Source: Waterburya sp.
GTDB lineage: Bacteria; Cyanobacteriota; Cyanobacteriia; Cyanobacteriales; Xenococcaceae
DNA: 64,000 nucleotides
Assembly: GCA_965217895.1 (NCBI GenBank)
Contig: CBDCJV010000002.1
Coordinates: forward strand, 1,920,001-1,984,000
Direction: 5' to 3'
This document shows positions 1 through 11,874 of the stretch, one piece after another (position 1 is the stretch's first letter; every line of letters begins with the position of its first letter). Position numbers and translations under genes: made by a program. The notes under the pieces were generated by a model. The model did no database searches. It saw only the letters and a program-made list of their open reading frames with translations, and was not told where the DNA came from.

Positions 1-355
1 TTTTAATTATGACTTCTTCCAACTGTCTGAGATACCAGTGCAAATCCTGTTGATAATAGCGCAGATTGAGGATTGGATAGCCTACTAGCTGGTTGGGACA
101 GTGATAGGTAACTTCTCCGCCTCTTTCGGTACGATGAATTTCAAAGTCATTTACTTGCGGATCGAACTTGAGAAAATCAAGAGTAGAACCTGTTCCTAAT
201 GTATAGACAGGTGGATGTTCTAATAAGATTAAAACATCATTTAAACTCGAATTATTGATTCTTTCAGCTACTAGCGATCGCTGATATGCCCATGCTTGGC
301 TGTATGTAACTAATTTATAGTTATTTAATTGACAATATCTTTTATTTTGTACCAT
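1..355 (-). CDS. lipB: Lipoyl(octanoyl) transferase LipB, 5' part (runs off window)
   Basis: Manual translation from ATG at 355: [10 protein letters not shown]...[13 protein letters not shown]...[24 protein letters not shown]. These are the LipB motifs EHPPVYTLG and RGGxxTYH. Confidence 0.93.
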   Translation of the reverse strand, partial: MVQNKRYCQLNNYKLVTYSQAWAYQRSLVAERINNSSLNDVLILLEHPPVYTLGTGSTLDFLKFDPQVNDFEIHRTERGGEVTYHCPNQLVGYPILNLRYYQQDLHWYLRQLEEVIIK

Positions 356-876
356 ATCGCTATTGCTATTCTATTTAAACAAATATTAAACAATGTAACA
401 GAACATCAAAACAACTGAAATTATTAATGTTTTGCAGGCTACAAAGTGTTAGTATATTTACCATAAAGCTATTAAAAAAAAGCGCATTAACTTAAGGAAT
501 TGCAAAGAAAAAAAACTGCAAACTATCCCAAATGTATAATGCTTGAACAAGTAGATTTTCCATCAGCACAAGTTAAATTTAAGCCTAAACCAGTTTAATT
601 AACCTTTGATAATTGTTTAGGGAATCTGCAAAGCACAGGACTGTAAAACTGTAATATAAGAATTCTGTAGTAGTTATATTTAGAGCTTATAGTATCTGAG
701 CCGACCAGATTTAAATTAAATTTTTCAATTTTAAAAGGTAACTTTAGCTACTAAGTTTCGTAGTTTAAAAATATCATTTTTAGATTGAGGAACTTGTATA
801 TCTTACTATTAATTAGTAAAAACGATCTATCTACTTTGTTATTAGCTTGGCAACTGTATTATATGGAGTAGCAAAC

Positions 877-1488
877 ATGAAGCTTTTGATCCAAGGAAAC
901 AACATTACAGTAACAGAATCAATTCATGATTATGTCGAACAAAAATTAGAAAAAGCGGTTAAACACTTTCAAAATATAACCAGTAAAGTAGATGTTCACT
1001 TGTCTGTAGCCCGCAATTCTCGGATCGAAAAAAAACATAAGGCTGAAGTTACAGTATTTGCCAACGGAACAGTAATTCGCGCTCAAGAAGGAAGCGAAAG
1101 TCTCTACGCAAGTATAGACATGGTTGCAGATAAAATTGCTCGTCAGTTACGCAAGTATAAAGAAAAGCATTTAGCCAAAAACGCTCATGCTCATGCGCGC
1201 CAGGATGAAATAGTAGAGGAAGACGCTGTAATTAAAACACAGGAATTAGATAGCGATCGCGCCCCAGAATTACCTGCTAAAGTAGTTAGAAGCAAGTATT
1301 TTGCCATGCCCCCAATGACTACAGAGGAGGCCTTAGAACACCTACAGCTTGTAGACCACGATTTTTATATGTTCCAAAACAGTGAAACTAAAGAAATCAA
1401 CGTTATCTACAGTCGCAATCATGGTGGTTATGGCGTAATTCAACCTCGTTCAGATAGCGATGCTCGTAAGGCAGATTATTCACACTAA
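877..1488 (+). CDS. hpf: Ribosome hibernation promoting factor (long HPF / LrtA)
   Basis: [24 protein letters not shown]...[22 protein letters not shown], with C-terminal [24 protein letters not shown] at 877 follows GGAG. Confidence 0.95.
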   Translation: MKLLIQGNNITVTESIHDYVEQKLEKAVKHFQNITSKVDVHLSVARNSRIEKKHKAEVTVFANGTVIRAQEGSESLYASIDMVADKIARQLRKYKEKHLAKNAHAHARQDEIVEEDAVIKTQELDSDRAPELPAKVVRSKYFAMPPMTTEEALEHLQLVDHDFYMFQNSETKEINVIYSRNHGGYGVIQPRSDSDARKADYSH

Positions 1489-1691
1489 TAAAAAGATAAA
1501 TTATGCGGTAGAAAGGCGCACTTCCGCATATAAAAATAAAGTAGCTTACCGCCCCTGTTAAAAGCTCAAAAACATAAGGTGAGAAAGACTGAAGATAACT
1601 CTTACCTTTTCTCGCTTTATCCCTTTTCAACTATTTATATGAACAAAGAGACTCTAGTTAATAGGGTGGAAAACTAAGGTTAATGTTTACG

Positions 1692-1911
1692 ACAGGGGTT
1701 TGGGGAGAGTCGTAACGTCCCCAACAGGGGGTCTGGGGGAAAGTTCCCCCAGTATTATATTCTGGTTTTTACAGATAAATTTTAGATACAAAGGGAAGAT
1801 TAAACCTTTTTTCTTTGTCAGCATTAGATGCGGACAAGTCGTTTCTTTGCGCTCGTTGGCGATATCGGAAAGCATTCCCTTGCGCCTTCGGACGACGAGG
1901 GGTCTAACCGC
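1692..1911. repeat. Cluster of GC-rich small palindromic/dispersed repeats
   Basis: Hairpins TTGGGGA..TCCCCAA (1700-1724) and CTGGGGGA-AAGT-TCCCCCAG (1733-1752). AGATGCGGACAAGTC (1826-1840) is identical to 46527-46541. Confidence 0.65.
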
Positions 1912-1941
1912 TAATTCACATCAAGCGTAATATATATTTTT

Positions 1942-2520
1942 TCAATCTAGATTGAAAGCATTTTCTTCAACTTCTGACTCTATAGACAAATTAAGAGATT
2001 GGACAACAAAAGGAAAACCAGCACCAGATAAACCTTGTTTAATGCGATCGCTAGTAGCTTCAAAAACAACAAACAGGGGATTAATTGCTTCTGCTGCTTC
2101 GCTAAACATATGCTGTTCATTAGGAGGCATCAGCCATTCATAGTCTTGGTCGAGATAAACCTGGGTTTTGCGCCAGCGATCGATTAGATCGGAAAAATCT
2201 TCTTCTGGACGATGAATAAAAACAATAATTTCCGTACCCAACTTAATTTTCCATTCTGGGTCGCACATCAAAATACCCAGGTCACAAGGAAGAGATGTAG
2301 CAATGCGCGGAGTTCTAGGCTGTAAGGGATTCTGTAAATCTAATTCTGGTCGGCGAATGCGGACGACAGGCAGGGGAATTGTAATTAAACTTTGTTCTGA
2401 GCGACGAATGCTTGGCAAAGCCTCCAAATAAGGACGATGTTGCTTGAGTAAAGCGATCGCCCCACTACGGGTGCTATATTCAGCCAGCAAAGTTTCGTAG
2501 TCAGATTTTTTAATAGACAT
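1942..2520 (-). CDS. Hypothetical protein (192 aa) downstream of pilC
   Basis: Long ORF co-oriented with pilC, 40 bp downstream; no recognised motif. Confidence 0.75.
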   Translation of the reverse strand: MSIKKSDYETLLAEYSTRSGAIALLKQHRPYLEALPSIRRSEQSLITIPLPVVRIRRPELDLQNPLQPRTPRIATSLPCDLGILMCDPEWKIKLGTEIIVFIHRPEEDFSDLIDRWRKTQVYLDQDYEWLMPPNEQHMFSEAAEAINPLFVVFEATSDRIKQGLSGAGFPFVVQSLNLSIESEVEENAFNLD

Positions 2521-2560
2521 AATACGCCCACAAGCCTTGAAACATCTTCGCTCCTTAAAA

Positions 2561-3775
2561 TTAACCCAACTGATCGAAGATAGAGAACATCGGTAGGTAC
2601 ATAGATAGCAAAATCGTACCCACCATCAAAGCAATACCCACCATCATAATTGGTTCAATCATGCTAGTAAGAGCTTTAACTGCTTGTTCTACCTCATCCT
2701 CGTAGAAATCTGCCACCTTCTCCATCATGCCGTCAAGTTCACCAGTTTCTTCACCAATACTAATCATCTGAATTGCTAGAGGTGGAAAAACGTTTTCCTT
2801 TTGAATTGCTAAAGAAATCATGCCCCCTTGTTGAATGTCCGATTTTGCACTCATGACAGCATTAATAATTACTTGATTACCAATGGTATTACAAACAATA
2901 TCAAAACACTGCAAGACGGGAACACCAGAACGAGTCAGAGTACCAAATACACGACAAAAACGAGCTACAGCAATTTTTTGGTTTAAGTCACCAAACAACG
3001 GCATTTTTAGCATAAAGCCATCAATTTGCAGACGACCCATAGTGGTTTTGTAATAATTGCGAAGTAAAAAACTAGTGCCGACAAAGGCAACAATAGGAAT
3101 TACCACTTTCCAGCTACGGAGAGTATTACTTATACCTAACATAACTCTGGTAAGAAGCGGTAGTTCTGCCCCTAAACCTTCAAAAATTCCGCCAAATACA
3201 GGAATCAAAAAGATTGTCATTCCCAAAAAGGCGATGACAGCAAAAATACCCACGGTAACAGGATAAGCCATAGCTGACTTAATTTGGTTTTGTAACTTCG
3301 CCATGTCTTCTAAAAGTTTAGATAGACGCATCAAGACTTCATCAAGTACCCCACCAGCTTCTCCAGCCTCCACCATGTAGACATAGAGATCGTTAAAACA
3401 CTCAGGGTATTTGCTCATCGACTCAGAAAGACTTATCCCCTGCTGTACCTCAGCACTGATGCCTAAAAGGGCTCTTTTTAATTTGACGTTGGGAGCTTGA
3501 TCCGAGAGAATACCCAAAGCGCGAACAATTGCTACCCCCGCATTGACCATGACCGAAAACTGGCGGGAAAATACAGCCTTGTCTTTAATTGTGACTTTGG
3601 CTAAAGCCATTTCCAACCCAGACAGATCAATTTCCATACCAGACTTATTGATCTTGCCCACGGCAACGTATTTGTTTTTTAGTGCTAAACGGGCTTGTTC
3701 AGCAGAGGCTGCCTCGATCTTTTCTTTAAAGATTTTTCCCGAATGATCTTTGACTTTGGCTACGAATACAGACAT
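2561..3775 (-). CDS. pilC: Type IV pilus inner-membrane platform protein PilC
   Basis: GspF-family motifs FSRQFSVMVNAGV, GEAGGVLDEVL and GEETGELDGM; follows pilB-pilT. Confidence 0.95.
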   Translation of the reverse strand: MSVFVAKVKDHSGKIFKEKIEAASAEQARLALKNKYVAVGKINKSGMEIDLSGLEMALAKVTIKDKAVFSRQFSVMVNAGVAIVRALGILSDQAPNVKLKRALLGISAEVQQGISLSESMSKYPECFNDLYVYMVEAGEAGGVLDEVLMRLSKLLEDMAKLQNQIKSAMAYPVTVGIFAVIAFLGMTIFLIPVFGGIFEGLGAELPLLTRVMLGISNTLRSWKVVIPIVAFVGTSFLLRNYYKTTMGRLQIDGFMLKMPLFGDLNQKIAVARFCRVFGTLTRSGVPVLQCFDIVCNTIGNQVIINAVMSAKSDIQQGGMISLAIQKENVFPPLAIQMISIGEETGELDGMMEKVADFYEDEVEQAVKALTSMIEPIMMVGIALMVGTILLSMYLPMFSIFDQLG

Positions 3776-3809
3776 AAAATAAACCAATATAGGTAAGTAT
3801 TAATCTCAA

Positions 3810-4919
3810 TTAATGACGCTTGGCATTTGCTGCCATTCCCATACTCGCAGCAGCACCTGTAAGACGCTGTAGCTCATCGGGTCGAGAACTTTTTGCCATT
3901 CCTTCTTCCATGCTGACGATGCCTTTTTTAACAAGCTCAGCTAAAGCTTGTTCCATAGTTTGCATCTCCATTTTTGCTCCTGTTTGAATGGCAGAATAGA
4001 CCATCGCCGCTTTTCCTTCGCGGATTAAATTGGCGATCGCAGGAGTGACGATCATTATTTCCTGTGCCATGACTCTTCCAAACTCTCCAGGCTTAGGACT
4101 TTTCTTTTTGACTAAGGTTTGACTAAATACGGCAATCAAAGAGTTAGACAGCATGGCGCGAATTTGTGCCTGTTGACCTGCGGGAAAAACATCAATTATT
4201 CGATCGACTGTTCCTGAAGCAGAGTTAGTATGTAGAGTGCCAAATACTAGGTGACCCGTTTCGGCTGCGGAGATTGCCAGGGAAATTGTTTCTAAATCCC
4301 GCATCTCCCCTACCAGAATGATGTCTGGGTCTTCCCGTAGTGCTGCTTTTAGGGCGTTAGCAAAGCTTTTAGTATCTTCTCCCTTCTGTCGCTGGTGAAA
4401 TAAGCTTTTAACGTTATCAAAGACATATTCAATCGGGTCTTCTACCGTTAGGATATGCTCGCCTCTAGTACGGTTAATTAAATCGAGCATTGCTGCCAGG
4501 GTGGTAGTTTTGCCTGAGCCTGTAGGTCCAGTTACCAAGACAAGTCCCCTTGGTCTTTCGGTGGTTCGTCTAATTACATCAGGTAAACCCAACTGATCGA
4601 AGTTAGGAATTTTAGAAGACAATGCCCGTAAACAAGCTGCATAAGAGCCTCGCTCTTTGTAGACATTGACCCGAAAACGAGCCAGTCCTTTGACACCGTA
4701 AGAACAATCTAATTCCCAGTGCTGTTCCAATTCCTTTCTTTGGTTGTTGTTAAGCATACTAAAAATTAACCTTTGGCACTCTTGAGGATTAAGAATTTCG
4801 CCAATCGGGGTTAATTTGCCACTGATCCGAAAATAGACTGGCGCACTAGCCTGGACGTGCATATCTGAGCCACCCATTTCTACTAGTTGTTCCATCAAGT
4901 CTTCAATCATTAAATCCAT
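3810..4919 (-). CDS. pilT: Type IV pilus retraction ATPase PilT
   Basis: Walker A GPTGSGKTT, EDPIEY, ALREDPDIILVGEMRD, AIANLIRE. Confidence 0.97.
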   Translation of the reverse strand: MDLMIEDLMEQLVEMGGSDMHVQASAPVYFRISGKLTPIGEILNPQECQRLIFSMLNNNQRKELEQHWELDCSYGVKGLARFRVNVYKERGSYAACLRALSSKIPNFDQLGLPDVIRRTTERPRGLVLVTGPTGSGKTTTLAAMLDLINRTRGEHILTVEDPIEYVFDNVKSLFHQRQKGEDTKSFANALKAALREDPDIILVGEMRDLETISLAISAAETGHLVFGTLHTNSASGTVDRIIDVFPAGQQAQIRAMLSNSLIAVFSQTLVKKKSPKPGEFGRVMAQEIMIVTPAIANLIREGKAAMVYSAIQTGAKMEMQTMEQALAELVKKGIVSMEEGMAKSSRPDELQRLTGAAASMGMAANAKRH

Positions 4920-4980
4920 AATTCTTTTCTCCTAAAGTCATAATTTAAAATGCGAACTTTATTTATTTACTGACGTTACC

Positions 4981-5008
4981 CACTACCTACTACCTACTAC
5001 CCACTACC
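4981..5008. repeat. Heptamer tandem repeat (C/T)ACTACC x4 (STRR-like)
   Basis: cactacc tactacc tactacc cactacc between pilB and pilT. Confidence 0.8.
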
Positions 5009-5042
5009 TAGGCTTCATAGATTAATTAGTGCGTAACATCAG

Positions 5043-7052
5043 TTATTTACTAAAGCGAGGAGTCATACAATAGGGACAATCCAACCACTCAGGCTGTAGA
5101 TCGGCACTACAGGTACGACAAGTCAGGCTAGTTTTTTGCTTGGATTTGCGCTCTGCTTCAACGCCAGAATCGGTAAACGTGACCCGCTCTACTTCTTCAA
5201 GGGTGGTCTGACCTTCTTTGACTAAATTTAGGCTATATGCCAGGATAGTAATCATCCCTTCTTCGATTGCTACTTCTTTAAGGCGATCGGTGTTTGCTCC
5301 CTGGTTAATTAAGCTTTCCAATCTTTCGGAATTTTTCATGACTTCATAAACACCAACTCTGCCTTTGTAGCCCACTCCAGAACATTTAGGACAGATACTG
5401 CCATTGGCTTTTGCCTTAGACAATTGTTCTACGTCCAGCTTATTGGCTTTGAAAAACGTAACTTCCTCTTCTGCTGCTGCGGATAATCCAAATCTAGATA
5501 ACTCGGCGCGAGTCGGATTATAGGCAATACGACATTCGCTACAGACTTTACGCATTAGCCTTTGAGCCAATACTCCTAGCAATGCACCAGAGATCATAAA
5601 TGGCTCTACCCCCATTTCATCAAGACGAGCGATCGCGCCAGCAGCATCATTGGTGTGTAGAGTAGTTAATACTAGGTGACCTGTAAGGGCAGCTTCAATC
5701 GCCGTTTTAGCTGTTTCTGAGTCCCTAGTCTCACCTACCAAGATTACGTCTGGATCTTGTCTTAAAAAAGCCCGCAGAATCGAGGCAAAGTTCATGCCTT
5801 TTTCCCGTATTACCTGTACTTGAGTAATTCCATCTAGAGAGTATTCAATCGGATCTTCAGCGGTACAAATGTTAACGTCAGGGCTATTTCTCTCTGCTAA
5901 GACGGAGTAAAGACTTGTTGATTTACCCGAACCAGTCGGGCCTGTTACCAGAATTAAACCAAAGGGGCGTTTTGCCATGTCCCGAACCATTTCTAAAGTA
6001 GGCTCATGAGAAATCAGCTTATCAAGACCTAGCTGGGTAGCTGTGTTATCCAAAATCCTTAGTACTACCTTTTCTCCATAGCGACTAGGCAAGGTGTTGA
6101 CCCGAAAATCCACCTTTCGACCCTGGAACATACGGCGAATCTTACCATCTTGAGGCAAGCGTTTTTCGGCAATGTCTAGCTCTGCCATAATCTTGAAGCG
6201 AGCTACTACCGCAGGAATAATCTTTTTCGGCATCTTATCAAAAGGCTGCTGTAAAACGCTGTCCTTGCGATAACGAACTTTTAGACTATCTTCTTGGGGT
6301 TCAATGTGAATATCAGAAACCCCTTCTTGTAATGCTTTTGCCAGAATTTTGTTAACTAGGGTAATAATCGGTGCTGCCTGTGCCTCATTGGCAGCACCCA
6401 AATCATCAGCCAGCTCGTCCTCTGCATCTTCCAAATTAAACTCAAAATTGTCTAATTCTAAGGAAACATCAACGTTAACTTCTTTTTTCTTGGCGGTTTC
6501 TTTTTTAACCTGCTCATCTAAAAATTGATCGATTAACTGCTGATAGTCAGCCTGGGTAATAACTAATCGTCTAAGATTAATTTTTTTAGGTCGAAGAATA
6601 CGGTTGAGATCGTCCTGAGCCTCCAGGTTTTCAGGATCGACCATGGCTACCACTAGCGTTGCAGGCTCTCCCTCTTCTTTTCTGATAGGGATCAATCGAT
6701 AGCGACGGCAAATATCCAAGGAAATTAAAGAATTGATTAATTCCCCCATTTGATTATTATTTAGCTGGTCTGTTTCTAGCTCTAAATCTGCCGACTCTAC
6801 GCCAAACAAAACCTTAAGCTCAAACAGATGGTGTCTCTTATACTGACGTAATAAATCTGGCGGTAATTGTTTACCTGTAGCTGATTCCAAGATGTCTACT
6901 AAGGAACGACCAGTTTTGCGACTTTCAGCTAAAGCCTTCTGCATTTCGATGCCATCAATAAATCCTTTTTGAACCAATTGGTTGCCAAAAGGAGATAAAT
7001 TGTTACGCAGAGCGATCGCCCTGGTTTTTTTAGAAGAGGAAGAATAAGCCAT
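5043..7052 (-). CDS. pilB: Type IV pilus assembly ATPase PilB with C-terminal CxxC-CxxC Zn ribbon
   Basis: GPTGSGKST, LRQDPDVILVGETRD, internal CSEC..CPKC and terminal CRTC..CPYC. Start taken at MAYSSS. Confidence 0.95.
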   Translation of the reverse strand: MAYSSSSKKTRAIALRNNLSPFGNQLVQKGFIDGIEMQKALAESRKTGRSLVDILESATGKQLPPDLLRQYKRHHLFELKVLFGVESADLELETDQLNNNQMGELINSLISLDICRRYRLIPIRKEEGEPATLVVAMVDPENLEAQDDLNRILRPKKINLRRLVITQADYQQLIDQFLDEQVKKETAKKKEVNVDVSLELDNFEFNLEDAEDELADDLGAANEAQAAPIITLVNKILAKALQEGVSDIHIEPQEDSLKVRYRKDSVLQQPFDKMPKKIIPAVVARFKIMAELDIAEKRLPQDGKIRRMFQGRKVDFRVNTLPSRYGEKVVLRILDNTATQLGLDKLISHEPTLEMVRDMAKRPFGLILVTGPTGSGKSTSLYSVLAERNSPDVNICTAEDPIEYSLDGITQVQVIREKGMNFASILRAFLRQDPDVILVGETRDSETAKTAIEAALTGHLVLTTLHTNDAAGAIARLDEMGVEPFMISGALLGVLAQRLMRKVCSECRIAYNPTRAELSRFGLSAAAEEEVTFFKANKLDVEQLSKAKANGSICPKCSGVGYKGRVGVYEVMKNSERLESLINQGANTDRLKEVAIEEGMITILAYSLNLVKEGQTTLEEVERVTFTDSGVEAERKSKQKTSLTCRTCSADLQPEWLDCPYCMTPRFSK

Positions 7053-7353
7053 AGAATGTAAAAAGATCTTAGTCACGTTATCTAGTGTTCCCCAAAGTAT
7101 TAGTAAAATTTCAATTCACCCTGACAAAACATAATTTTTCTAGCTGATTTACCGATTTTTTTAGTTATTACTTTTAAGCTGAGTTATTCTGTTCATAGGG
7201 CTTGAGCTAACGTGAATTAAAAAAACCGACTTTGGGCGATCGCTTATAAAGCAAAATGATTACCGAGAAGCTCCCTAAATTTCCCTAAAAACTGTTATTT
7301 TCCCCAAAGAATGCAATATCCTATATTTTGTATATGGAGAAACAAACATTCCT

Positions 7354-8094
7354 ATGACTGAAGAGCAGAAGCAACCAGAAACAATTGACCAAAACCTTGA
7401 AGCAACGACTTCAGATATCCCAGCAGATACTTTTGACGCTGCTTCAGAATCTATTGAGAAAAATTCTGTAGAGTCCACTGTCGAAACTACCGAGTCTACC
7501 GAGGTCAACTTAGAACCAGAAGACCAAATTTTTGAAGAGCAGGCAGAAATATTTGCTGCTTTTCAACAAGAAAATGCCAATCTTAAAAATCTTTTAGACG
7601 AAAAAAGCCAACAGGCAGAACTAACAAAAGCGCAATACGCTCGATTAGCTGCTGATTTCGAGAATTTTCGCCGTCGAACCACTAATGAAAAAGAAATTTT
7701 AGAAATACAGGCAAAAAAAAATGTAATTACTGAATTACTTCCAGTGGTCGATAATTTTGAACGGGCTAGAACTCAACTTAAGCCAGAAACTGACGGCGAA
7801 AAGGCAATTCATACTAGCTATCAAGGCGTTTACAAGACTTTGGTAGAATGTCTCAAAAAAATGGGTGTATCGGCAATGCGTCCTGAAGGCAAAGAATTCG
7901 ATCCCAATTTTCATGAAGCAATGTTGCGGGAACAAACTGATGAGTATCCAGAAGGAACTGTTATGGAACAGTTGATGCGAGGATATGTTTTGGGGGATAC
8001 AATTTTGCGTCATGCTATGGTTAAAGTTGCTGTTCCTAAAGATCCTGTGATAACTTCGGAAGAGAAAAATACAGAAGAACAGGAAAAAGGTTAA
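7354..8094 (+). CDS. grpE: Nucleotide exchange factor GrpE
   Basis: [48 protein letters not shown]. Confidence 0.97.
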   Translation: MTEEQKQPETIDQNLEATTSDIPADTFDAASESIEKNSVESTVETTESTEVNLEPEDQIFEEQAEIFAAFQQENANLKNLLDEKSQQAELTKAQYARLAADFENFRRRTTNEKEILEIQAKKNVITELLPVVDNFERARTQLKPETDGEKAIHTSYQGVYKTLVECLKKMGVSAMRPEGKEFDPNFHEAMLREQTDEYPEGTVMEQLMRGYVLGDTILRHAMVKVAVPKDPVITSEEKNTEEQEKG

Positions 8095-8243
8095 GAAATT
8101 TTAGAATACTAAATATTTTAAGTATTTTATACTTGGCTGAGGATACGTAGCTTTGGCATCAGGAAATGCCGATTACTATTATTCTAATTTGCTGTTAACT
8201 TCTGATCACCCTATAGAACAATGAAAGTTACTGCCTAAGCACT

Positions 8244-10232
8244 ATGGCAAAAGTTATCGGTATTGACCTTGGAACTACTAACAGTTGCGTTGCTGTACTT
8301 GAAGGAGGTAAGCCAGTAGTAATTGCCAACTCAGAAGGTGCGCGAACAACGCCAAGTATGGTGGCATTTGCCAAAGGTGACACTCGTTTAGTTGGTCAAC
8401 TAGCCAAAAGACAATCAGTTACTAATGCCAAAAATACTGTTCACAGTATTAAGCGTTTTATTGGTCGTCGCTGGGAAGATACAGAAGAAGAGCGATCGCG
8501 TACTCCATATAAATGTATTTCTGGTCGAGATGGTACTGTTGATGTGCAAATTAACAATCATCAGTATACCCCCCAAGAAATTTCAGCGATGATTTTGCAA
8601 AAATTAAAAGCAGATGCCGAAAGTTTCTTGGGAGAACCCGTAACTGAAGTAGTTATTACTGTTCCAGCCTACTTTACCGATGCTCAAAGACAGGCGACAA
8701 AGGACGCAGGAACTATCGCTGGCTTAGACGTTTTGCGCATTGTCAATGAACCAACGGCAGCAGCCTTGGCTTATGGTCTAGATAAACAAGACCGAGAAGA
8801 AAACATCTTAGTCTTTGACTTGGGTGGCGGTACTTTTGATGTTTCCATTTTGCAACTAGGAAATGGCGTTTTTGAAGTTAAGGCAACTTCGGGCAACAAT
8901 CATTTGGGTGGAGATGACTTTGATAATGTTGTTGTCCGTTGGATGATCAAAACTTTTTATGCTCAGGAAGAAATTGACCTAAGAACTGACAAAATGGCAT
9001 TACAGAGGATGCGAGAAGCTGCAGAAAAAGCAAAAATCGAGCTTTCTACTGCTCCAACAACTTCAATAAACCTACCGTTTATTACAGCGGATGAAACTGG
9101 ACCAAAACATATTGAAATGGAGTTGAGTCGGGCAAAATTTGAAGAATTAGCTAAAGACCTAATTCAAAAAACTTTAGATCCTGTTAGACGAGCTTTAAAA
9201 GATGCAGATTCAGAGCCTGGAGAAATAGATCGTATTATCCTAGTGGGAGGCTCAACCCGCATTCCCGCTGTACAACAAGCAATTCAAACCATCTTTGAGG
9301 GAATGCAGATCGATAGATCTGTTAATCCAGATGAGGCGGTAGCTGCTGGTGCTGCAATTCAAGCAGGAGTGCTAGGTGGAGAAATAGAAGATGTTTTGCT
9401 ACTGGACATTACTCCTCTATCTTTAGGTATTGAAACTTTAGGAGAAGTTTTTACCAAGATTATCGAAAGAAATACCACTGTACCGACAAGCAAATCTCAA
9501 GTTTTTTCTACTGCTGCTGACGGTCAAACTACCGTCGAAATTCATGTGCTTCAGGGTGAAAGAGCCATGGCAAAAGATAACAAAAGCCTTGGTAAATTTT
9601 TACTCACGGGCATTCCTGTTGCGCCTAGAGGAATGCCCCAAATAGAAGTTGCTTTTGAAATTGATGTCAACGGAATTTTGCAGGTTGGGGCGCAAGATAA
9701 AGGTACAAACAAGCAACAAGGCATTACTATTAGCAATACTGGAGGCTTGAGTTCTAACGAAGTTGAGCGAATGCGCTTGGAGGCAGATAATTATGCCGAA
9801 CAAGACCGTCGCAATATCGAGTTGGTTAATTTGAAAAATCAGGCTGAAAATCTTATTTATAACTACGAATCAACTTTAAGCGAACAAGGAGATTTGATCC
9901 GTGATGAATTAAAGGCAAAAATTGCTAGAATCAGCGAAGAATTTAAGATAGCCTGTAATAATCCCAACACAACTATCAAAAATGTCAGCAGTATTTTAGA
10001 AAACCTGCGTCAAACTCTACTAGAAGTTGGAACAGATGTCTATCAACAAAAGAATTCTGACTTAGATGATTCATTTACATTTGATGATGATGATTTTGCT
10101 GATGCTAAAACTGAAATGGATATTTCACAAGATAATAGCGTCAAGGCAGTAGTTAGCGTATCCAACGATGCCAACATTGAAGGCGGTGCTGGTTTAGGTC
10201 TTGATGATGATGATTATGAAGCAGTTGACTAG
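8244..10232 (+). CDS. dnaK: Chaperone DnaK (Hsp70)
   Basis: [33 protein letters not shown]. Confidence 0.98.
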   Translation: MAKVIGIDLGTTNSCVAVLEGGKPVVIANSEGARTTPSMVAFAKGDTRLVGQLAKRQSVTNAKNTVHSIKRFIGRRWEDTEEERSRTPYKCISGRDGTVDVQINNHQYTPQEISAMILQKLKADAESFLGEPVTEVVITVPAYFTDAQRQATKDAGTIAGLDVLRIVNEPTAAALAYGLDKQDREENILVFDLGGGTFDVSILQLGNGVFEVKATSGNNHLGGDDFDNVVVRWMIKTFYAQEEIDLRTDKMALQRMREAAEKAKIELSTAPTTSINLPFITADETGPKHIEMELSRAKFEELAKDLIQKTLDPVRRALKDADSEPGEIDRIILVGGSTRIPAVQQAIQTIFEGMQIDRSVNPDEAVAAGAAIQAGVLGGEIEDVLLLDITPLSLGIETLGEVFTKIIERNTTVPTSKSQVFSTAADGQTTVEIHVLQGERAMAKDNKSLGKFLLTGIPVAPRGMPQIEVAFEIDVNGILQVGAQDKGTNKQQGITISNTGGLSSNEVERMRLEADNYAEQDRRNIELVNLKNQAENLIYNYESTLSEQGDLIRDELKAKIARISEEFKIACNNPNTTIKNVSSILENLRQTLLEVGTDVYQQKNSDLDDSFTFDDDDFADAKTEMDISQDNSVKAVVSVSNDANIEGGAGLGLDDDDYEAVD

Positions 10233-10459
10233 TAACACTTCGCTCTTTGTAGCAAGTTAGATATCGCTACTGGTTTCAAGTTAAATCAATAGTTACTCTA
10301 TTACGTCCACGTCTACTAGCCAAATAATAAGATTGTAAATAATCAAGTTTGGCTTGCTTGGCTGGAAGTAAACAACTCTTAGTAGTAACCGTACTATGTT
10401 TTCTGGTGCTGATTTTGCTAAAGTACAATCAACAAACCATAGGAAAAAATTAAGATTTT

Positions 10460-11596
10460 ATGGCAGGGGACTACTATCAAATTCTGGGCGTATCCCAAGA
10501 TGTAGATAAAGATGAATTAAAGCGCGCTTATCGCCGTCTGGCTCGCCAGTACCATCCCGATGTCAACAAAGAGGCGGGAGCAGAGGAAAAGTTCAAAGAA
10601 ATCAGTCGCGCCTATGAGGTTCTTTCTGAACCTGAAACTCGCGCTAGATACGATCGCTTTGGGGAAGCTGGCGTAGGTGGTGCAGCAGGGGCATCAGGAT
10701 ACGATTACGGCGACATGGGTGGATTTGCCGATATCTTTGAAACTATCTTTAGTGGATTTGGCGGTGGTGTTGGTACTAGCCCTGGTCAATCTCGTCGTCG
10801 TAACGGTCCAGCTAGAGGAGACGATCTGCGACTAGACTTAAAGCTGGACTTCCGAGAGGCTGTCTTTGGTGGCGAAAAGCAAATAAAAATTCCTCATCTA
10901 GAATCATGTGACACCTGCAACGGTACGGGAGCAAAACCAGGTACAGGAGTTAAAACTTGTGGTACCTGTAGCGGTAGCGGTCAGGTACGCCGGGCAACTC
11001 GCACTCCTTTTGGTAGTTTTGCTCAGGTTGCAGCCTGTACTACCTGTAATGGTACAGGACAAGTAATTGAAGAAAAATGTAGTATTTGTCATGGTGCAGG
11101 TCGTCAACAAGAGACTAAAAAGCTAAAAATTACTATTCCTCCTGGTGTAGATAACGGAACTCGTCTGAGAGTCTCTGGAGAGGGAGATGCTGGAGTTCGT
11201 AGCGGTACACCAGGCGACCTATACGTATATTTGTTTGTTGAATCTGACAAAGAGTTTACCAGAGAAGGAATCAACATTAGGTCAGAACTTACCGTCAGCT
11301 ATCTCCAGGCAATTTTGGGCTGTAATTTAAATATAAATACTGTTGATGGCAAAGAAGAATTAATCATTCCAGCGGGAACTCAACCTAATACTGTGCTGAC
11401 TTTAGAAAATAAAGGAGTACCCAAATTAGGTAATCCTGTTAGTAGAGGCAATCATTTAATTACAGTCAAGATAGATATTCCGACTAAGATTAACTCCGAG
11501 GAAAGGGAACTGTTAGAAAAGCTAGCCACCGTTAGAGGTGAAGCTACAGGTAAAGGTAGCAAAGAGGGCTTTTTAGGAGGTTTGTTCCAAAAATGA
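10460..11596 (+). CDS. dnaJ: Chaperone DnaJ (class A)
   Basis: J domain with HPD, G/F-rich region and four CxxCxGxG repeats. Confidence 0.98.
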   Translation: MAGDYYQILGVSQDVDKDELKRAYRRLARQYHPDVNKEAGAEEKFKEISRAYEVLSEPETRARYDRFGEAGVGGAAGASGYDYGDMGGFADIFETIFSGFGGGVGTSPGQSRRRNGPARGDDLRLDLKLDFREAVFGGEKQIKIPHLESCDTCNGTGAKPGTGVKTCGTCSGSGQVRRATRTPFGSFAQVAACTTCNGTGQVIEEKCSICHGAGRQQETKKLKITIPPGVDNGTRLRVSGEGDAGVRSGTPGDLYVYLFVESDKEFTREGINIRSELTVSYLQAILGCNLNINTVDGKEELIIPAGTQPNTVLTLENKGVPKLGNPVSRGNHLITVKIDIPTKINSEERELLEKLATVRGEATGKGSKEGFLGGLFQK

Positions 11597-11874
11597 ACCC
11601 TGTTGACCCCTTAAAAGGTACGGATAATCCTACCTCCAAAGAGGCTGATGCTCATTTAGATTTGCGTGGCACTCCCTGCCCGATTAATTTTGTGCGAACT
11701 AAGCTTCGTTTAGAACAAATGTCCCCTGGTTCTTTATTAGAAGTTTGGCTCGATGCTGGTGAGCCGATTGAGCAAGTTCCAGACAGTCTCAAGATGGAAG
11801 GTTATCATCTAGAAGCTATTGATGAGCGTCAAGACTTTTTTTCTTTACTAGTTCGTCGTCCGACAAAATCGTGA
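11593..11874 (+). CDS. TusA/SirA-family sulfur carrier protein
   Basis: [17 protein letters not shown] motif; overlaps the dnaJ stop. Confidence 0.88.
   Translation: MNPVDPLKGTDNPTSKEADAHLDLRGTPCPINFVRTKLRLEQMSPGSLLEVWLDAGEPIEQVPDSLKMEGYHLEAIDERQDFFSLLVRRPTKS

Noticed and set aside
1403..2143. Short ORFs around the hpf 3' intergenic region
   Set aside because: They overlap repeats or opposite-strand genes and show no motifs or convincing RBS.
7077..8243. CIRCE/HrcA operator upstream of grpE or dnaK
   Set aside because: No TTAGCACTC-N9-GAGTGCTAA found by eye.
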